The notes: generated by a model not told the origin, from the sequence alone. Shown: positions 20,940 to 32,540, numbered from the stretch's first letter. The stretch is 64,000 nt of DNA from Candidatus Heimdallarchaeota archaeon (GCA_018238155.1 JABCTZ010000032.1:32001-96000), one strand, 5' to 3'. A program made the numbers and translations.

Positions 20940-21136
20940 TTTTTTTTAAAAAATCTTCTTAAGAAAAATTTCCGATTTTTTTGGTGAAATTTTTCTTATT
21001 TCTATGAGATTTTGTGATAGCATAAATTATCGAAAGCTTTAATAATAAATAAAATCATTTCTCATTTGGTTGAGAATCCTATCTAACCTATAAGTAAAAC
21101 TAATTCTTGGCTACATGACAATAGCGTGGACTTAAA

Positions 21137-21586
21137 ATGTTTATTGAATTGATGAATAGCACAATAAAAGAAAGGGAAATTAGATTACGTACAATGTTTG
21201 AGAAAAAAGTAAGTAGCAGGGGTAGGAAAAGAAGTAAGAAAACAACTAGAGTACAAGAATTGATTTTAGATACACTTTATGTCACCAATCGATTAATGCG
21301 TTCTTCTGAGATTCGAATTTCAGTTGGAAGAAGAATAAAAGGACTTAGTAACTATCTGTTCTTTTCAGCTTTAAACGATTTGCACACAAAAGACATGATT
21401 CTAAAAAAGAAGAACTTGTTAAATATGAAATATACTTTTTACTCTCTTTCGATTACTGAAAGATGCCAACGAAGTGGATCCAGTTACCAATTTGTTCAAA
21501 TTAGTTGTAAAGAATTGATTTATCTATCCAGTATTCGTTCAGATATAGAAAGTAGTTTACTCTTATTTGGAAGATTCTTTTACTAA
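21137..21586 (+). CDS. Probable winged-helix protein
   Basis: ILDTL..MRSSEI..ALNDLHTKDMI..YSLS pattern; basic N-terminus; start uncertain. Confidence 0.5.
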   Translation: MFIELMNSTIKEREIRLRTMFEKKVSSRGRKRSKKTTRVQELILDTLYVTNRLMRSSEIRISVGRRIKGLSNYLFFSALNDLHTKDMILKKKNLLNMKYTFYSLSITERCQRSGSSYQFVQISCKELIYLSSIRSDIESSLLLFGRFFY

Positions 21587-21609
21587 GCTTCCACCGTTCC
21601 TTTTTTAAA

Positions 21610-22644
21610 TTAGAACCTTCTTTGCTTTTTCGGATATGTTTGGAATGGTGTGTGAGGTTCAAAACTGATCCATTCTTCATTTTGATCTAAATGGGCTAAA
21701 GAATGGAGAATATCATAAGTTACCCATCGGGAAGCTTGTGGTTTTGGAGAATAATTCCAAATTCCGTGGTCAGTTTGTAACTCTTGAATAAATACAACTA
21801 AATTTCTAACTCGAGAGTCTTCTATAGAAGTGCCTAGTTGCCAACAGAATTTCAATATCAATGAAATATCATATCTAGCAAAATATGTGATAAAACCTGT
21901 TGCTTGCTCAAATCCGACAGTTCGGGCAACTTCAAAACCAAGTGTTAGTCGTTCTTTTGTGTCTCGTCCAAGTAATAAATCTAAAGCTCGTCTTGCTTCA
22001 TCACTTGAACAGTATTTCGGATGAAGAGCCAGACAACTTAGAGCGGCAGTGGTATTAGATCTGCATCCCCAACGTGAATGAGCTATTTTTCTATATCCTG
22101 CGACATATCCAAAATTTCCTTTTACATAACCTGTTGGCCAAGCACCATCGGGCATTCTTTGTTCTAATATCCATTGGTAGGCTTTTTCAGAGCGAGTATC
22201 AGTACTATATCCACACATAGCTAATGCTCTCAATGGCAATGCTGTTTGTATGGTCATATTTTCGTATCCTCCAATTTCGAGTTGTTTTTCCCTTGTTTGA
22301 GGTAATGGCCAAGAACCATCATCATTTTGGAGCGAGAAAAGGTATTCTGCACCTTTTGCTATTGCAGTATGTTCTTGGTTATATCCCAGATATCCGAGTC
22401 TTGCTAATGCTTGAGCAGTAGCTAATATTTTTGTGCTATGAGCACCTGAAACATAGTCACTTTTAGACCAATATCCATCCAGTGTTTGGAGAGCAAATAA
22501 GTCAGTAACAATAGAATCCTCTTCCCTCAAGAGGTTTAGTTCTTGTATTTCTTTGTCATTGGAATTTCTTTGTAATAGATTTCTAAGAACTAGATATCTC
22601 AAATTGGCAGATTTATCTATGAGAAGTAATGGCAACCAAGTCAT
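21610..22644 (-). CDS. Prenyltransferase/squalene-cyclase (alpha/alpha barrel, QW-repeat) protein
   Basis: LQTLDGYW, LQNDDGSW, QRMPDGAW, LQTDHGIW repeats. Confidence 0.75.
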   Translation of the reverse strand: MTWLPLLLIDKSANLRYLVLRNLLQRNSNDKEIQELNLLREEDSIVTDLFALQTLDGYWSKSDYVSGAHSTKILATAQALARLGYLGYNQEHTAIAKGAEYLFSLQNDDGSWPLPQTREKQLEIGGYENMTIQTALPLRALAMCGYSTDTRSEKAYQWILEQRMPDGAWPTGYVKGNFGYVAGYRKIAHSRWGCRSNTTAALSCLALHPKYCSSDEARRALDLLLGRDTKERLTLGFEVARTVGFEQATGFITYFARYDISLILKFCWQLGTSIEDSRVRNLVVFIQELQTDHGIWNYSPKPQASRWVTYDILHSLAHLDQNEEWISFEPHTPFQTYPKKQRRF

Positions 22645-25600
22645 TTCGAATCCTCCAATATTTGTTTAATAAATGGTGAAGTAGGAGTTGTTCTTTCAGC
22701 TATTGATTCGGGAGTTCCTTCTGCAATTATTTTCCCTCCTTGAGGACCTCCAATGGGTCCAAGCTCGACCAACCAATCACAAGCTGCAAGAAGCTCAGGA
22801 CAATGCTCAATAACCATTACAGTATTTCCGGCATCTACGAGACGATTTAGAACTTGTATTAGTAAATTGATATCTTCAAGATGTAATCCAACAGTGGGCT
22901 CATCTAAAATATATAATGCATTGATCGGTTTTTTCTTGTTTAACTCCCAAGCAATCTTCAACCTTTGTGATTCACCTCCTGAAAGAGTGTAACCAGGTTG
23001 ACGTAATACAATATAGCCCAAGCCAACATCCTTTACTATTTTCAATTTTCTCGAAATTGATTCTTCATCCTTGAAGAGATTGAATAATTGATCTATTGTA
23101 AGTTGATACATTTCAGGCAAAGAGTAACCTTTCACTTTAATATCCCAAATTTCTGCAGTATGTCCAGACCCTCTGCAAGTTTCGCATGTTTCTATAATTG
23201 AAGGAAGAAAATCCATTTTTATGTATGTCCTACCTCGACCACCACATACAGAACACTTCTGGGCAATTTTTTTACTATCTAATCCCAAAGCTTGGGCAAT
23301 TTCGGTTTCAGCAAAAATATCATAAAATGTCTTTGCCAAACCTAGGAATGTAAAAGGGTTAGTTATTTCTCTCCGAGTTTGATCTACCAAAACAACTCTC
23401 TTCGGTGTTCCAATAATTTCTTTATGTTTTCCGGGTTTAATGGGCTCATAAGCGACTGATGTTGTTTGCTTTTTGGGAACTAAAGCACGTCCTATAGTGT
23501 CGATCATAAGAGTGCTCTTTCCAGAACCTGAAACACCACAAACACCAACAAGTACTCCAAGTGGTAATTTTATTTCCTTTCCCTTGAGATTATTTTCTTC
23601 TGCACCTGTGATTTTCATCCAATCGTTTGGAACTCTCCTTGAGGTAGGATAATCAAATTTCCGTTTTCCTTGTAACCATTTCGCTGTAATCGTAGATTTT
23701 TGTAAAATCTCCTCTATTGACCCCTTAGCAACTATTTTTCCTCCTGCAACTCCTGGTCCGGGTCCAACATCAATTATGTATTCAGCAGCTCTTATAATAA
23801 CCGGATCATGTTCTACAATGATTACAGTGTTACCTTCATCTTTCAATTCTTTGAGTGCAACAAGTAAATTTGAAACTTCTGAAGGATGTAACCCCCTAGA
23901 AGGTTCATCAAGCAGAATTGTAAGTGAGGTTAATCCACTGCCCAATAAGCCAGCTAATTTTATCCTTTGAGCTTCTCCTGCAGACAAAGTACCATGAATT
24001 CGGTTTAGATTAATATATCCTAAACCAACTTGATTTAGAAACTTCAACCGTTTTTGAATTTTCAAAAGGCTAGCTGTACTGTACTTGGGAATATTTTCTG
24101 GAATGGCTATCTTAGATAGTATCTTTATAATTTCAGCTATCGATAAATCTGACAGTTCATGGATATTATAACCAGCAAGAGTCACGGCAAGGTACTGAGA
24201 TTTCAAATGACCACCCTTACATGTCAGGCAGATTTCAGTTTCGGTATATGTACCACCAACATCCCAATCTCGAATCCAACCATAAAAACCAGGATATTTC
24301 TGTTTAAAGTGATGGGTTCTGCCTTTTCTTCCAATAGATATTCCCTCTAAAGGTTCTGGATGTCCAAACAGAAAAGCATCTTGTGCCTTTTTCGACATCT
24401 CATTCCAAGGTGTTGTTTCAGGGTCAAAGTTGTATTTTTCTGCTAATGCTCGAAGAATATAATAACCTCCATTCAAGGGTTTACAGATATATCCAAATGG
24501 AAAAAACCCTGGAGAATACATAGCTCCATTACAAATTGGTTTCTCAGAATTTACAATTAATTTTTCTGGTCGTGGTTTTCTTAAACTTCCAATACCATTA
24601 CATGTCTCACATGCAGCTGCATAATTTTGTGAAGAGAAATGACGAACTTTCGCTTTTGCTTCTCTATTTCCACAAGCAGGGCAATACCATTCTTCTTTTC
24701 TTTCTAGTTGTGTTCCACATTCCGAACACTCTTTTTCTCCAATATTAGCATAAAGAATTGCTAATTGATGAGCTATACCAGTTTCATGGTTTACATTACT
24801 TCTTAAATTATAGCTTCTTTTTCGTGGTCCAATAGAAATCGTTACACCTAACCCTGTAACTGAATCAACAGGTACTTCTGGACCTTCCCTTACTCCTTGT
24901 CGTTCATAAAGTGAAAGAGTTTCCAGAAATCGTTTTCTTGCTTCATTCTCTAATATATCTGAAACTATACTTGATTTTCCAGATCCTGAAACACCAGTTA
25001 CAACTATAAGTGTATTTTTAGGGAAATTAACTGAGATATTCCGTAAGTTATGGATTCTTGCACCTTTAATTGATATACTAGATGAAGCAACATACTCTCT
25101 TTGTGAAGCAATTGTACTGGGATGTATCAATTTTTCAGAGTTAAGAAATTGACCTGTAAGTGACTTCTTATCATTTTGTAACTCTTTAGGCGAACCTGAG
25201 AAAACTAATTCTCCACCTAAATCGCCTGCTTTTGGTCCTAAATCAATCACCCAATCTGCAGCTCTAATTATATCTGAGTTGTGTTCTACAACTAGTATTG
25301 TAGCTCCAACAGCAACTAAACAATCTAACACATTTAGCAATCCAATGATATCCTTAGGATGGAGTCCTGTGGAAGGTTCATCGAGAATTATTATGCTATT
25401 TCTTAATGTTGCTTTTCCAAGATATTTAGCTAACTTTACTCTTTGTGCTTCTCCTCCCGAAAGTGTTGTTGACGGCTGTCCTAAAGGAAGATATCCTAGT
25501 CCAACATCTATCATTGCTTTTAAAATTCGTAAAGCATCTTGTTGGTATTTTTTCACTATATCCTTATCACTTTGGATTAAGGAATACGCTTTTGATACAG

Positions 25601-27503
25601 ATAAGGTATAAAATTCTGCTATTGATAATCTCTTACCGTTAAAGTTTACAGTGTTTTTTAGAACTTCATCAGAGAAACGTTCTCCACCACAAGATGAGCA
25701 TGTTATCCATTGAGACGGGAGATACTTCATTTTTACCTCTTTCGCTCCAATACCTTTACACATAGTACAAGCACCAGCAGGTCGATTAAAGGAAAAATGC
25801 GAAGATGTGAGAGGTGTTTTTGAAGCATATATGTCTCGTATTATATCTGATAATTTCGTATAAGTAGCGGGATTTGATCTCGGATTTCGTCCAATCGGGT
25901 TTTGATCAACAATTACAGGTTTTATTCTTGATCCTATGATCTTTTTGCATCCTCTCACTTCTTTTGAGAGCAAAGAGGCTACAAGAACATCAATAACAAA
26001 AGTGCTTTTCCCTGAACCCGAAACACCTGTAACAACTGTTAATCTATTTAATGGAATTGAGATATCTATATTCTTTAAGTTTCGTAAATTTGCTTCCTTG
26101 ATAGTTAGAAATTCTGCCTGAGAGTTTCTTTTGGTGTGCAATGTTACTTTTTTTCTCATGCTAAAATATTGACCCGTATAGGTTGATGATTTCCACAGAT
26201 CTTCAGTTGACCCATCAAATACTATTTCACCACCAGATGTTCCTGCATCAGGTCCAATGTCTATAGCTCTCTTTGCAATTGCCGCTGCAAATCTATCATG
26301 TTCTACAAAAATAACAGGTCCTTTTAATTTCTGAAATATCGGTAAGAAATTTGAAACATCTGCCATATGTTGACCAATTGTCGGTTCATCTAATACATAA
26401 AGCATATCTTCAAGCTTACTTGATATTGCGACTGCTAATCTTACTCTTTGAGATTCACCTCGAGATAATGTTGGTGAAGACCGATTTAGAGATAAATATC
26501 CTAGACCTACTTGTTGTAATGCTTCCAATCTCTTTGTTATTTCAAACAAAACTCTATCTGCTGTATGAGGTAAATCAACATTTTTGAGTAATTTTCTAAC
26601 CTCATCTACTGGCTTTATAAGCAGATTTGGTAAGTTTTTACCATTTAATAATACCGGAACTGCTAGAGGGTGTAATCCAGTTTCTTTACAAATATTGCAA
26701 CCACTTCCTTTACAATATGAACACTGTGAATGAAAATGTAGTGCTCTTAGTTCACCAAACCAATTTCCACAAACCACACAAATAGATTCTTGGGAGAGTG
26801 TCAATTTGATAATATCCGATTGAACTTCTACTGCATTTATGCCCAAAGAATTAACTTGCTGTAGAATTTCTCGAACCTTTTTTACAGAAGTGTTTTTATC
26901 AATAATACCAATTTTAAGTTTAACAGAATGCTTCTTTTTAGGATGTAGTTTTTCTCCACGATAAGGTTTACCATCAACAATGATATCCTCTTGTTTAAAA
27001 TTCTCTATTAGTAGTTCTAATAATGTTCGATGACTTCCTTTCACATCGATAAGCATAGGTGCAAAAATAATGAGATCATATTTCTTCTTTAATAATAGTA
27101 ATTTATCTATTATCTCATCTTCTTTTAACACCTGTAATGGTGCATCACATTTTGAACAATGACGTTCACCAAATGTGGCATATATCAGGCGTAAAAATGG
27201 GTGTATTCCTGATGCTGTTGCCAATGTAGAAAGAGGGTTTCTATTAAGCAGATTTTGCCCCACTGCAATAGTAGGACCTAATCCAGTAATGTTATCCACT
27301 TTTGCAGGAAATCCCTTGAGATTAGATGAGCGAGAAGAAAAAACATCCAAGAATCGTCGATTCGCTTCATGATATAATGTATCAAAGATGAGTGAGGTCT
27401 TCCCAGAGCCAGAAATTCCAGTAACAACCGTTATGCCGCTCTCAAAATCAATATTGACATTTTTTAGATTGTTTTCCTTCGCACCTTTAACACTAATTTT
27501 CAT
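22641..27503 (-). CDS. Tandem-duplicated UvrA-like ABC ATPase (four nucleotide-binding sites)
   Basis: Four GxSGSGK(S/T), four LSxGE and four LDEP motifs, GA..NNLKN starts, zinc fingers; ATG 27503. Confidence 0.9.
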   Translation of the reverse strand: MKISVKGAKENNLKNVNIDFESGITVVTGISGSGKTSLIFDTLYHEANRRFLDVFSSRSSNLKGFPAKVDNITGLGPTIAVGQNLLNRNPLSTLATASGIHPFLRLIYATFGERHCSKCDAPLQVLKEDEIIDKLLLLKKKYDLIIFAPMLIDVKGSHRTLLELLIENFKQEDIIVDGKPYRGEKLHPKKKHSVKLKIGIIDKNTSVKKVREILQQVNSLGINAVEVQSDIIKLTLSQESICVVCGNWFGELRALHFHSQCSYCKGSGCNICKETGLHPLAVPVLLNGKNLPNLLIKPVDEVRKLLKNVDLPHTADRVLFEITKRLEALQQVGLGYLSLNRSSPTLSRGESQRVRLAVAISSKLEDMLYVLDEPTIGQHMADVSNFLPIFQKLKGPVIFVEHDRFAAAIAKRAIDIGPDAGTSGGEIVFDGSTEDLWKSSTYTGQYFSMRKKVTLHTKRNSQAEFLTIKEANLRNLKNIDISIPLNRLTVVTGVSGSGKSTFVIDVLVASLLSKEVRGCKKIIGSRIKPVIVDQNPIGRNPRSNPATYTKLSDIIRDIYASKTPLTSSHFSFNRPAGACTMCKGIGAKEVKMKYLPSQWITCSSCGGERFSDEVLKNTVNFNGKRLSIAEFYTLSVSKAYSLIQSDKDIVKKYQQDALRILKAMIDVGLGYLPLGQPSTTLSGGEAQRVKLAKYLGKATLRNSIIILDEPSTGLHPKDIIGLLNVLDCLVAVGATILVVEHNSDIIRAADWVIDLGPKAGDLGGELVFSGSPKELQNDKKSLTGQFLNSEKLIHPSTIASQREYVASSSISIKGARIHNLRNISVNFPKNTLIVVTGVSGSGKSSIVSDILENEARKRFLETLSLYERQGVREGPEVPVDSVTGLGVTISIGPRKRSYNLRSNVNHETGIAHQLAILYANIGEKECSECGTQLERKEEWYCPACGNREAKAKVRHFSSQNYAAACETCNGIGSLRKPRPEKLIVNSEKPICNGAMYSPGFFPFGYICKPLNGGYYILRALAEKYNFDPETTPWNEMSKKAQDAFLFGHPEPLEGISIGRKGRTHHFKQKYPGFYGWIRDWDVGGTYTETEICLTCKGGHLKSQYLAVTLAGYNIHELSDLSIAEIIKILSKIAIPENIPKYSTASLLKIQKRLKFLNQVGLGYINLNRIHGTLSAGEAQRIKLAGLLGSGLTSLTILLDEPSRGLHPSEVSNLLVALKELKDEGNTVIIVEHDPVIIRAAEYIIDVGPGPGVAGGKIVAKGSIEEILQKSTITAKWLQGKRKFDYPTSRRVPNDWMKITGAEENNLKGKEIKLPLGVLVGVCGVSGSGKSTLMIDTIGRALVPKKQTTSVAYEPIKPGKHKEIIGTPKRVVLVDQTRREITNPFTFLGLAKTFYDIFAETEIAQALGLDSKKIAQKCSVCGGRGRTYIKMDFLPSIIETCETCRGSGHTAEIWDIKVKGYSLPEMYQLTIDQLFNLFKDEESISRKLKIVKDVGLGYIVLRQPGYTLSGGESQRLKIAWELNKKKPINALYILDEPTVGLHLEDINLLIQVLNRLVDAGNTVMVIEHCPELLAACDWLVELGPIGGPQGGKIIAEGTPESIAERTTPTSPFIKQILEDSK

Positions 27504-27842
27504 ACAAATCAACCAAATGATTAATTTCAAGAATTCTAATTATTCGAATGTATAATATGTCTTAGCTAATTCATTTTGAATAATCTTTTGTCTTCGTTTT
27601 GAAAACAATTCATTTTTTAGTAATTGTTTCAAATCTTTTTCACAAACGGAAGAAGTAAATTGTAACACACCGTGTCCTCTTTCCGTTCTATTGTTTTCTT
27701 AGATATAATTACAAACTGTATAAATAACATAGCTAAGAGATAACTGTAAGTATTGTTGAACCGCTAAAACAACTCAAAAAGAAAGAGATAAGAACACTAA
27801 AGTTCATTGTTTAGCTAGTAATCTGATAACAAGGTTGAATCA

Positions 27843-28520
27843 ATGAATAAAAGATATTATTCTGAAAAACTATCAGCAAATAATCTCAAAAGATGCTATG
27901 GGATTGCATCACCGAGAGTTCAACAATATCTAACAGCTGAAATAGATTTTGTTTTAACTTTCTTAAAACCTGATTCAATTGCTCTTGAGCTTGGATGTGG
28001 ATATGGACGTGTTTTGAAATATGTTGCTATGAATTCTCAAGAAGCATATGGAATAGATACTTCTGCAGAAAGCTTAGAGCTTGCAGAAGAGTATTTATCT
28101 GATAATAAGAACGTGAAACTTTTCAATATGAATGTTGCTGATCTTACTTTTGATGAGAATATGTTTGATATTGTATTTGCTTTACAAAATGGTCTTTCAG
28201 CTTTCAAAGTAAACCCAATACCTCTTATAAAAAAGTGCTTGGAAATAACAAAGAAAGGTGGTAAGGTTATTTTCAGTAGCTATTCTGAAAAGATATGGGA
28301 TGCAAGGTTGGATTGGTTCAAGAAGCAATCTCAAGAAGGATTAATAGGCGAGATTGACTTTGAAAAAACAAATGAAGGAACTATAATCTGTAAGGATGGT
28401 TTTAAAGCAACTACTTTCTCAAAAGATGACTTCTCAGATTTAAGTCTAGATCTGGACGTTGATTCTTATATTAAAGAGATAGACCAATCAAGCATTTTCT
28501 GGGTAATTTCTGTAGATTGA
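27843..28520 (+). CDS. Class I SAM-dependent methyltransferase
   Basis: LELGCGYG, GIDTS, FDIV, KKGG. Confidence 0.88.
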   Translation: MNKRYYSEKLSANNLKRCYGIASPRVQQYLTAEIDFVLTFLKPDSIALELGCGYGRVLKYVAMNSQEAYGIDTSAESLELAEEYLSDNKNVKLFNMNVADLTFDENMFDIVFALQNGLSAFKVNPIPLIKKCLEITKKGGKVIFSSYSEKIWDARLDWFKKQSQEGLIGEIDFEKTNEGTIICKDGFKATTFSKDDFSDLSLDLDVDSYIKEIDQSSIFWVISVD

Positions 28521-28551
28521 AGAAATATTCAGTGATAAAAAAAGATATTCC

Positions 28552-28570
28552 TGGTCAGAGTATCTGACCA
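28552..28570. terminator. Hairpin between convergent genes
   Basis: tggtcaga-gta-tctgacca perfect 8-bp stem. Confidence 0.5.
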
Positions 28571-28576
28571 ATAGAA

Positions 28577-30361
28577 TTATTTGACTAATTTTTCTAATTC
28601 ATCAACAAAATACTCAAAACGTTTCATACCTAGCTTCCAAAAGTCTGGGTCAGTAACATCTAATCCAACTAATTTACCAATTTCAATTGGGGAAAGGCTG
28701 CTTCCTGCTGAAAGGACTTTTTTAAATTTAGGCACAAAATCTTTTCCTTCCTCAATGTACTTTTGATAAAGCGCATAGACAAACATTTGAGCATAGACAT
28801 AAGGATAGTTATAAAATCTGAAGTTGGGCATATAATAATGACCTTTCATGGTCCATTCTGCTTCCATCTCATCTGACCATTCTATTGCATCACCATAGAT
28901 TCTATCTCGGTTCTTTGTCCAATATTTGCTAATTGTTTTGAAATCTAAGTACTCTCCACGTTTGATAGCATCATAAAGATCTTGTTCAAACCAGGCTCTT
29001 GCGGTTACTTGGAATGCTGCCATTCCTGCTCCATCAAGAACTTGACAGATAATTGCTTTTTTCTCATTGTCTGATTGAGCTTGACTCATCAATAAATCAG
29101 TCAATAATAACTCGCCAAAAATAGATGCTGTTTCAGCTACTACCATTGGTGTTCTACTATTAAGAATAGTCTGTGCAGGAATGAAATAATAATCATGTGT
29201 TGCGTGACCAAGCTCGTGTGCTAAAGTGTACACTCCACCTAGTGCATTATTGAAGCTTTGGAGTATAAATGCTGATTTTCCTTTATACCAGCTTGCACAA
29301 AAAGCACCATTTCTTTTTCCAAATCTTGGTGAAGCATCTATGTGTTTTTGTTTGAACATATCCTTAGTAGCAAATGCATATTCCTCGTCAAATTTACCAT
29401 ATGCCCCTATGACAAGTTCCTCTGCTTTCTTAAAATCGTACTTGATATCAGGTGCATCTGGCAAAGGTGCAGTAATATCGTAATTTGCTAATTTTGGCAG
29501 ACCTAACATTTTAGCTTTTAATTTCAAGTATCGTCTATATAAATGCGAATGCTCATCAATTGCCTTTAGTAGGTTGCTAATAACCTCTTGGGAAATATCG
29601 TTTGCTATTAAACTAGCATGCATTTCAGAATCATATTTTCTTTTTTTAGTTGTTGTTTCCCAATCATTGAAAATGTTCCTCATAGCTGATGAGAATATCT
29701 CTCCGTCATTTCTTAATAAACCATATATTGATTTATTAGCTAATTTTCGAGTTTCTCGATCTTTATGAGGGAGTAATGCATTTGCTTGTCCATAGGAAAG
29801 CTGCTTCATTTCTCCTTCAACTTTTACATCAAACATTCGAGTATTGAGCCATTTACTCTGAAGCTGTTGCCAACCATTAACACCGAATTGATCTTTTTCA
29901 ATTATTAATTGCTCCTCAATTTCTGAAAGCTGATGTGGAACACCACGAACAAGTTTTTCCATAAAATGTTTATAATTGCTAAGAATAGGATTTTCAATCA
30001 ATTCTTTTTTCTTAAAGACTAATTTTCCAACATCTAATATGAGGAAAGCAAGTTTCTTAGCATTTTGTGCTTGAATTTTACTCATTCTATCATTTAGTTG
30101 TTGAGTTTCCGGTAGAGTCATATTTGCTGCAAAAGATAAGCGAGCATACATTACGATATTCCCAGATTCAATACGATATTCCTCAAAAACTTGTAAAAGT
30201 TTGAGTAATCCTTTTGCTGATAAATTCTTAATTTTTCCTTGATATTTTGTTGCCAAGTTTGCAACCATTTCATTTATTTTGTCTATTGTTTTATCAATTG
30301 AAGGATCAGTTACACTTGGAAAAACACTAGACATATCCCATACAATGTCGTTTTTTGTCAT
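28577..30361 (-). CDS. pepF: Oligoendopeptidase F (M3B)
   Basis: WDMS, GKRNGAFC, TLAHELGHATH, AETAS, HYY...FYNYPY. Confidence 0.93.
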   Translation of the reverse strand: MTKNDIVWDMSSVFPSVTDPSIDKTIDKINEMVANLATKYQGKIKNLSAKGLLKLLQVFEEYRIESGNIVMYARLSFAANMTLPETQQLNDRMSKIQAQNAKKLAFLILDVGKLVFKKKELIENPILSNYKHFMEKLVRGVPHQLSEIEEQLIIEKDQFGVNGWQQLQSKWLNTRMFDVKVEGEMKQLSYGQANALLPHKDRETRKLANKSIYGLLRNDGEIFSSAMRNIFNDWETTTKKRKYDSEMHASLIANDISQEVISNLLKAIDEHSHLYRRYLKLKAKMLGLPKLANYDITAPLPDAPDIKYDFKKAEELVIGAYGKFDEEYAFATKDMFKQKHIDASPRFGKRNGAFCASWYKGKSAFILQSFNNALGGVYTLAHELGHATHDYYFIPAQTILNSRTPMVVAETASIFGELLLTDLLMSQAQSDNEKKAIICQVLDGAGMAAFQVTARAWFEQDLYDAIKRGEYLDFKTISKYWTKNRDRIYGDAIEWSDEMEAEWTMKGHYYMPNFRFYNYPYVYAQMFVYALYQKYIEEGKDFVPKFKKVLSAGSSLSPIEIGKLVGLDVTDPDFWKLGMKRFEYFVDELEKLVK

Positions 30362-30866
30362 TCAGTTCATCTACATATTTTTCATTTCTCTAATAACTTT
30401 CTCTGTTCTTTATTATCAATTATTCGCTTAAGATGTTGAATAGTTTTCTATTATTCTTGATAATTATTTGAGTGGAATTGGCGCGATACAAATAATATTC
30501 ATTTGGTTGGTAATCTAGAACTACGTCAAAGTCAAAGAATAAGCAATTTTTCATATGTGTATTATTCTTGAGTAAATACAAGATGTCCTTCTCTTCTATT
30601 TTAGTTCCACAGAGTTCTCTGTCTTTTCGCACATTCCATGCTGTAATCAAAAATATTATGCAAAAATTTAGTTATAATACTTGACAATGGATAGAATAGT
30701 GCCAAAAATCAAAGAAAAACTGAAAAATCCACGGAAGATTTTACTAGACATACCGAGTTTTTGAACTATATCTGTGTACTTTTTTTCTATAATGCTTTTA
30801 ATACATTCTGCAGTAGTATATTAGTAAGTATAATGAGATTAGATAACTTTTAGAGTTGACTATTAA

Positions 30867-32033
30867 ATGAATTTTAAAACTTTATTCAAAAACAAAAAAG
30901 CTGTGAGCAACGTCATCGGTGCAGTTATTATGATTGGTGTTACAATATCAGCAGTTTCTTTAGTTTATGGTATTCTAAGTTCAACCATGAGCTTCAACTC
31001 CAGCATTGTTCCAGCAGGAGCAATAAGTGCTGAAGATGTTGATCAAGACGGTTTAATTGATAGAATGACTGTGCCACTAATAAACAAAGGGTTGGCAAAT
31101 GCAGATATTAAAAGCGTTGTTGTAACTCAAGGTGATAATACCTATTTATGGTACACTTTAGACAGCAGTGTCCGAACAAGTACAATGGAAGAACTCAATA
31201 TTTATGCTTTAGGTGTTCTCCAACAAATACAACCAGTTCAAACTTTTAATATTGAAATTTTCTTTGAAGATAGTGTTTATACTTCTCCTGGCTATGTTAT
31301 AATTGATGCCTCAGAAGTTCCAGATGAAATCATCCCAATAATTGTTGAAGGAGAATCTGTTCCTTTTCCTGGTTTTAATACATTAGTTGAAAGAACACGT
31401 GAGGATGATGAATACGCTAAGAGAAGATTCCCATCAGAAACCGGATGCTCTCCAAACTTATGGTTCTTACTTGGTGAATTTGATGATAATAATAAGAGAC
31501 CAGACCTAAATACTGATTTCATTTCAGAATGTGGTAATGGTAATGAAGAAGAATATCTACCATATCTTTTAGATACTACAGAATTTACCGAAGGAAAGAT
31601 TGGAGCCCAAAGTAACAATAGAATTACACCATACAATGACTCTGGTGAGCACGCTGGATTAATTGCATTTAACAAGTATGGCAATTGGGACAAACAAGAC
31701 CAATTAAATTGGGGCAAATATGGTGTTGTCTATATGTGGACATACATCTATGTTCCTGGTGATGATGATATCACAGTTGGTTTAGGAGCTAATGGTGCAT
31801 CCGAATTCAAAGTTTGGCTAAATGGTGATTACACTCTATCTGGAACAAAGAAAAACAGATGGTATGTAGATAATGAAGTTACACTAAATGCTGGTTTGAA
31901 TCTAGTTATGATGAAGATCTCTGCGAAAGTAAACGCACATTTTGCAGGACAAATTGTCTTCTTCAACTCCGAAAACACCAATGCTGATTTGAGCACTCTC
32001 TATAATGTGTGGGCAGCTCTTGGTGATTTATAA
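30867..32033 (+). CDS. Archaeal type IV pilin-like protein with large C-terminal (PA14-like) domain
   Basis: Class III signal KKA|VSNVIGAVIMIGVT; DVDQDGLID Ca-loop; FKVWLNG...VTLNAGLNLVMMK. Confidence 0.75.
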   Translation: MNFKTLFKNKKAVSNVIGAVIMIGVTISAVSLVYGILSSTMSFNSSIVPAGAISAEDVDQDGLIDRMTVPLINKGLANADIKSVVVTQGDNTYLWYTLDSSVRTSTMEELNIYALGVLQQIQPVQTFNIEIFFEDSVYTSPGYVIIDASEVPDEIIPIIVEGESVPFPGFNTLVERTREDDEYAKRRFPSETGCSPNLWFLLGEFDDNNKRPDLNTDFISECGNGNEEEYLPYLLDTTEFTEGKIGAQSNNRITPYNDSGEHAGLIAFNKYGNWDKQDQLNWGKYGVVYMWTYIYVPGDDDITVGLGANGASEFKVWLNGDYTLSGTKKNRWYVDNEVTLNAGLNLVMMKISAKVNAHFAGQIVFFNSENTNADLSTLYNVWAALGDL

Positions 32034-32540
32034 TTAAGACTAAGCCCTTAATAATCCAACCAAATAAACTCTCTGAGTTATAATCTCATTTCTGGGATTT
32101 TTAAGGGAAAACTCTTCCCTCCTTTTTTATTATCTTTTCATGATTTTTATCAACTTTTTATCGAACCTCTTTAATTTTTATTAGTGATTTTTTTACAAAG
32201 TCAAGTAGTTCATTTGATATATATGAGAATTTTATTACTTTATCATGGTTAAGAATTTTCAAGCAAATCGATTTTTTTTAAATAACCAAATTGGAACTTG
32301 GAATAATTGTTTTGGTTATACATCAGGTTATACTAAATATTATTCTATTATATCTTTTAGTATTGAGATCTCTCATTTCCGAGATTTCGAGATTAATACT
32401 ACACCTATTACAGAGATAAAAAATTGAAGAGGATATTTCCTATAGAATTATCAAAATAAATGATACAACTTGTCAGTTATTAAAAAAGGAAAAATAAGAA
32501 AAGAGAGAGTATGACTCTAAGCTCTTTTTTATTAAGATAA

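Noticed and set aside
21610-22644. Squalene-hopene cyclase
   Set aside because: Only about half the expected length and no DxDD catalytic motif
30420-30650. 76-aa minus-strand ORF
   Set aside because: No motif or SD; likely spurious in AT-rich intergenic DNA
32245-32427. 60-aa ORF and nearby imperfect tctcattt..gattt repeats
   Set aside because: No coding signature; repeats are short and may be chance or terminator hairpins
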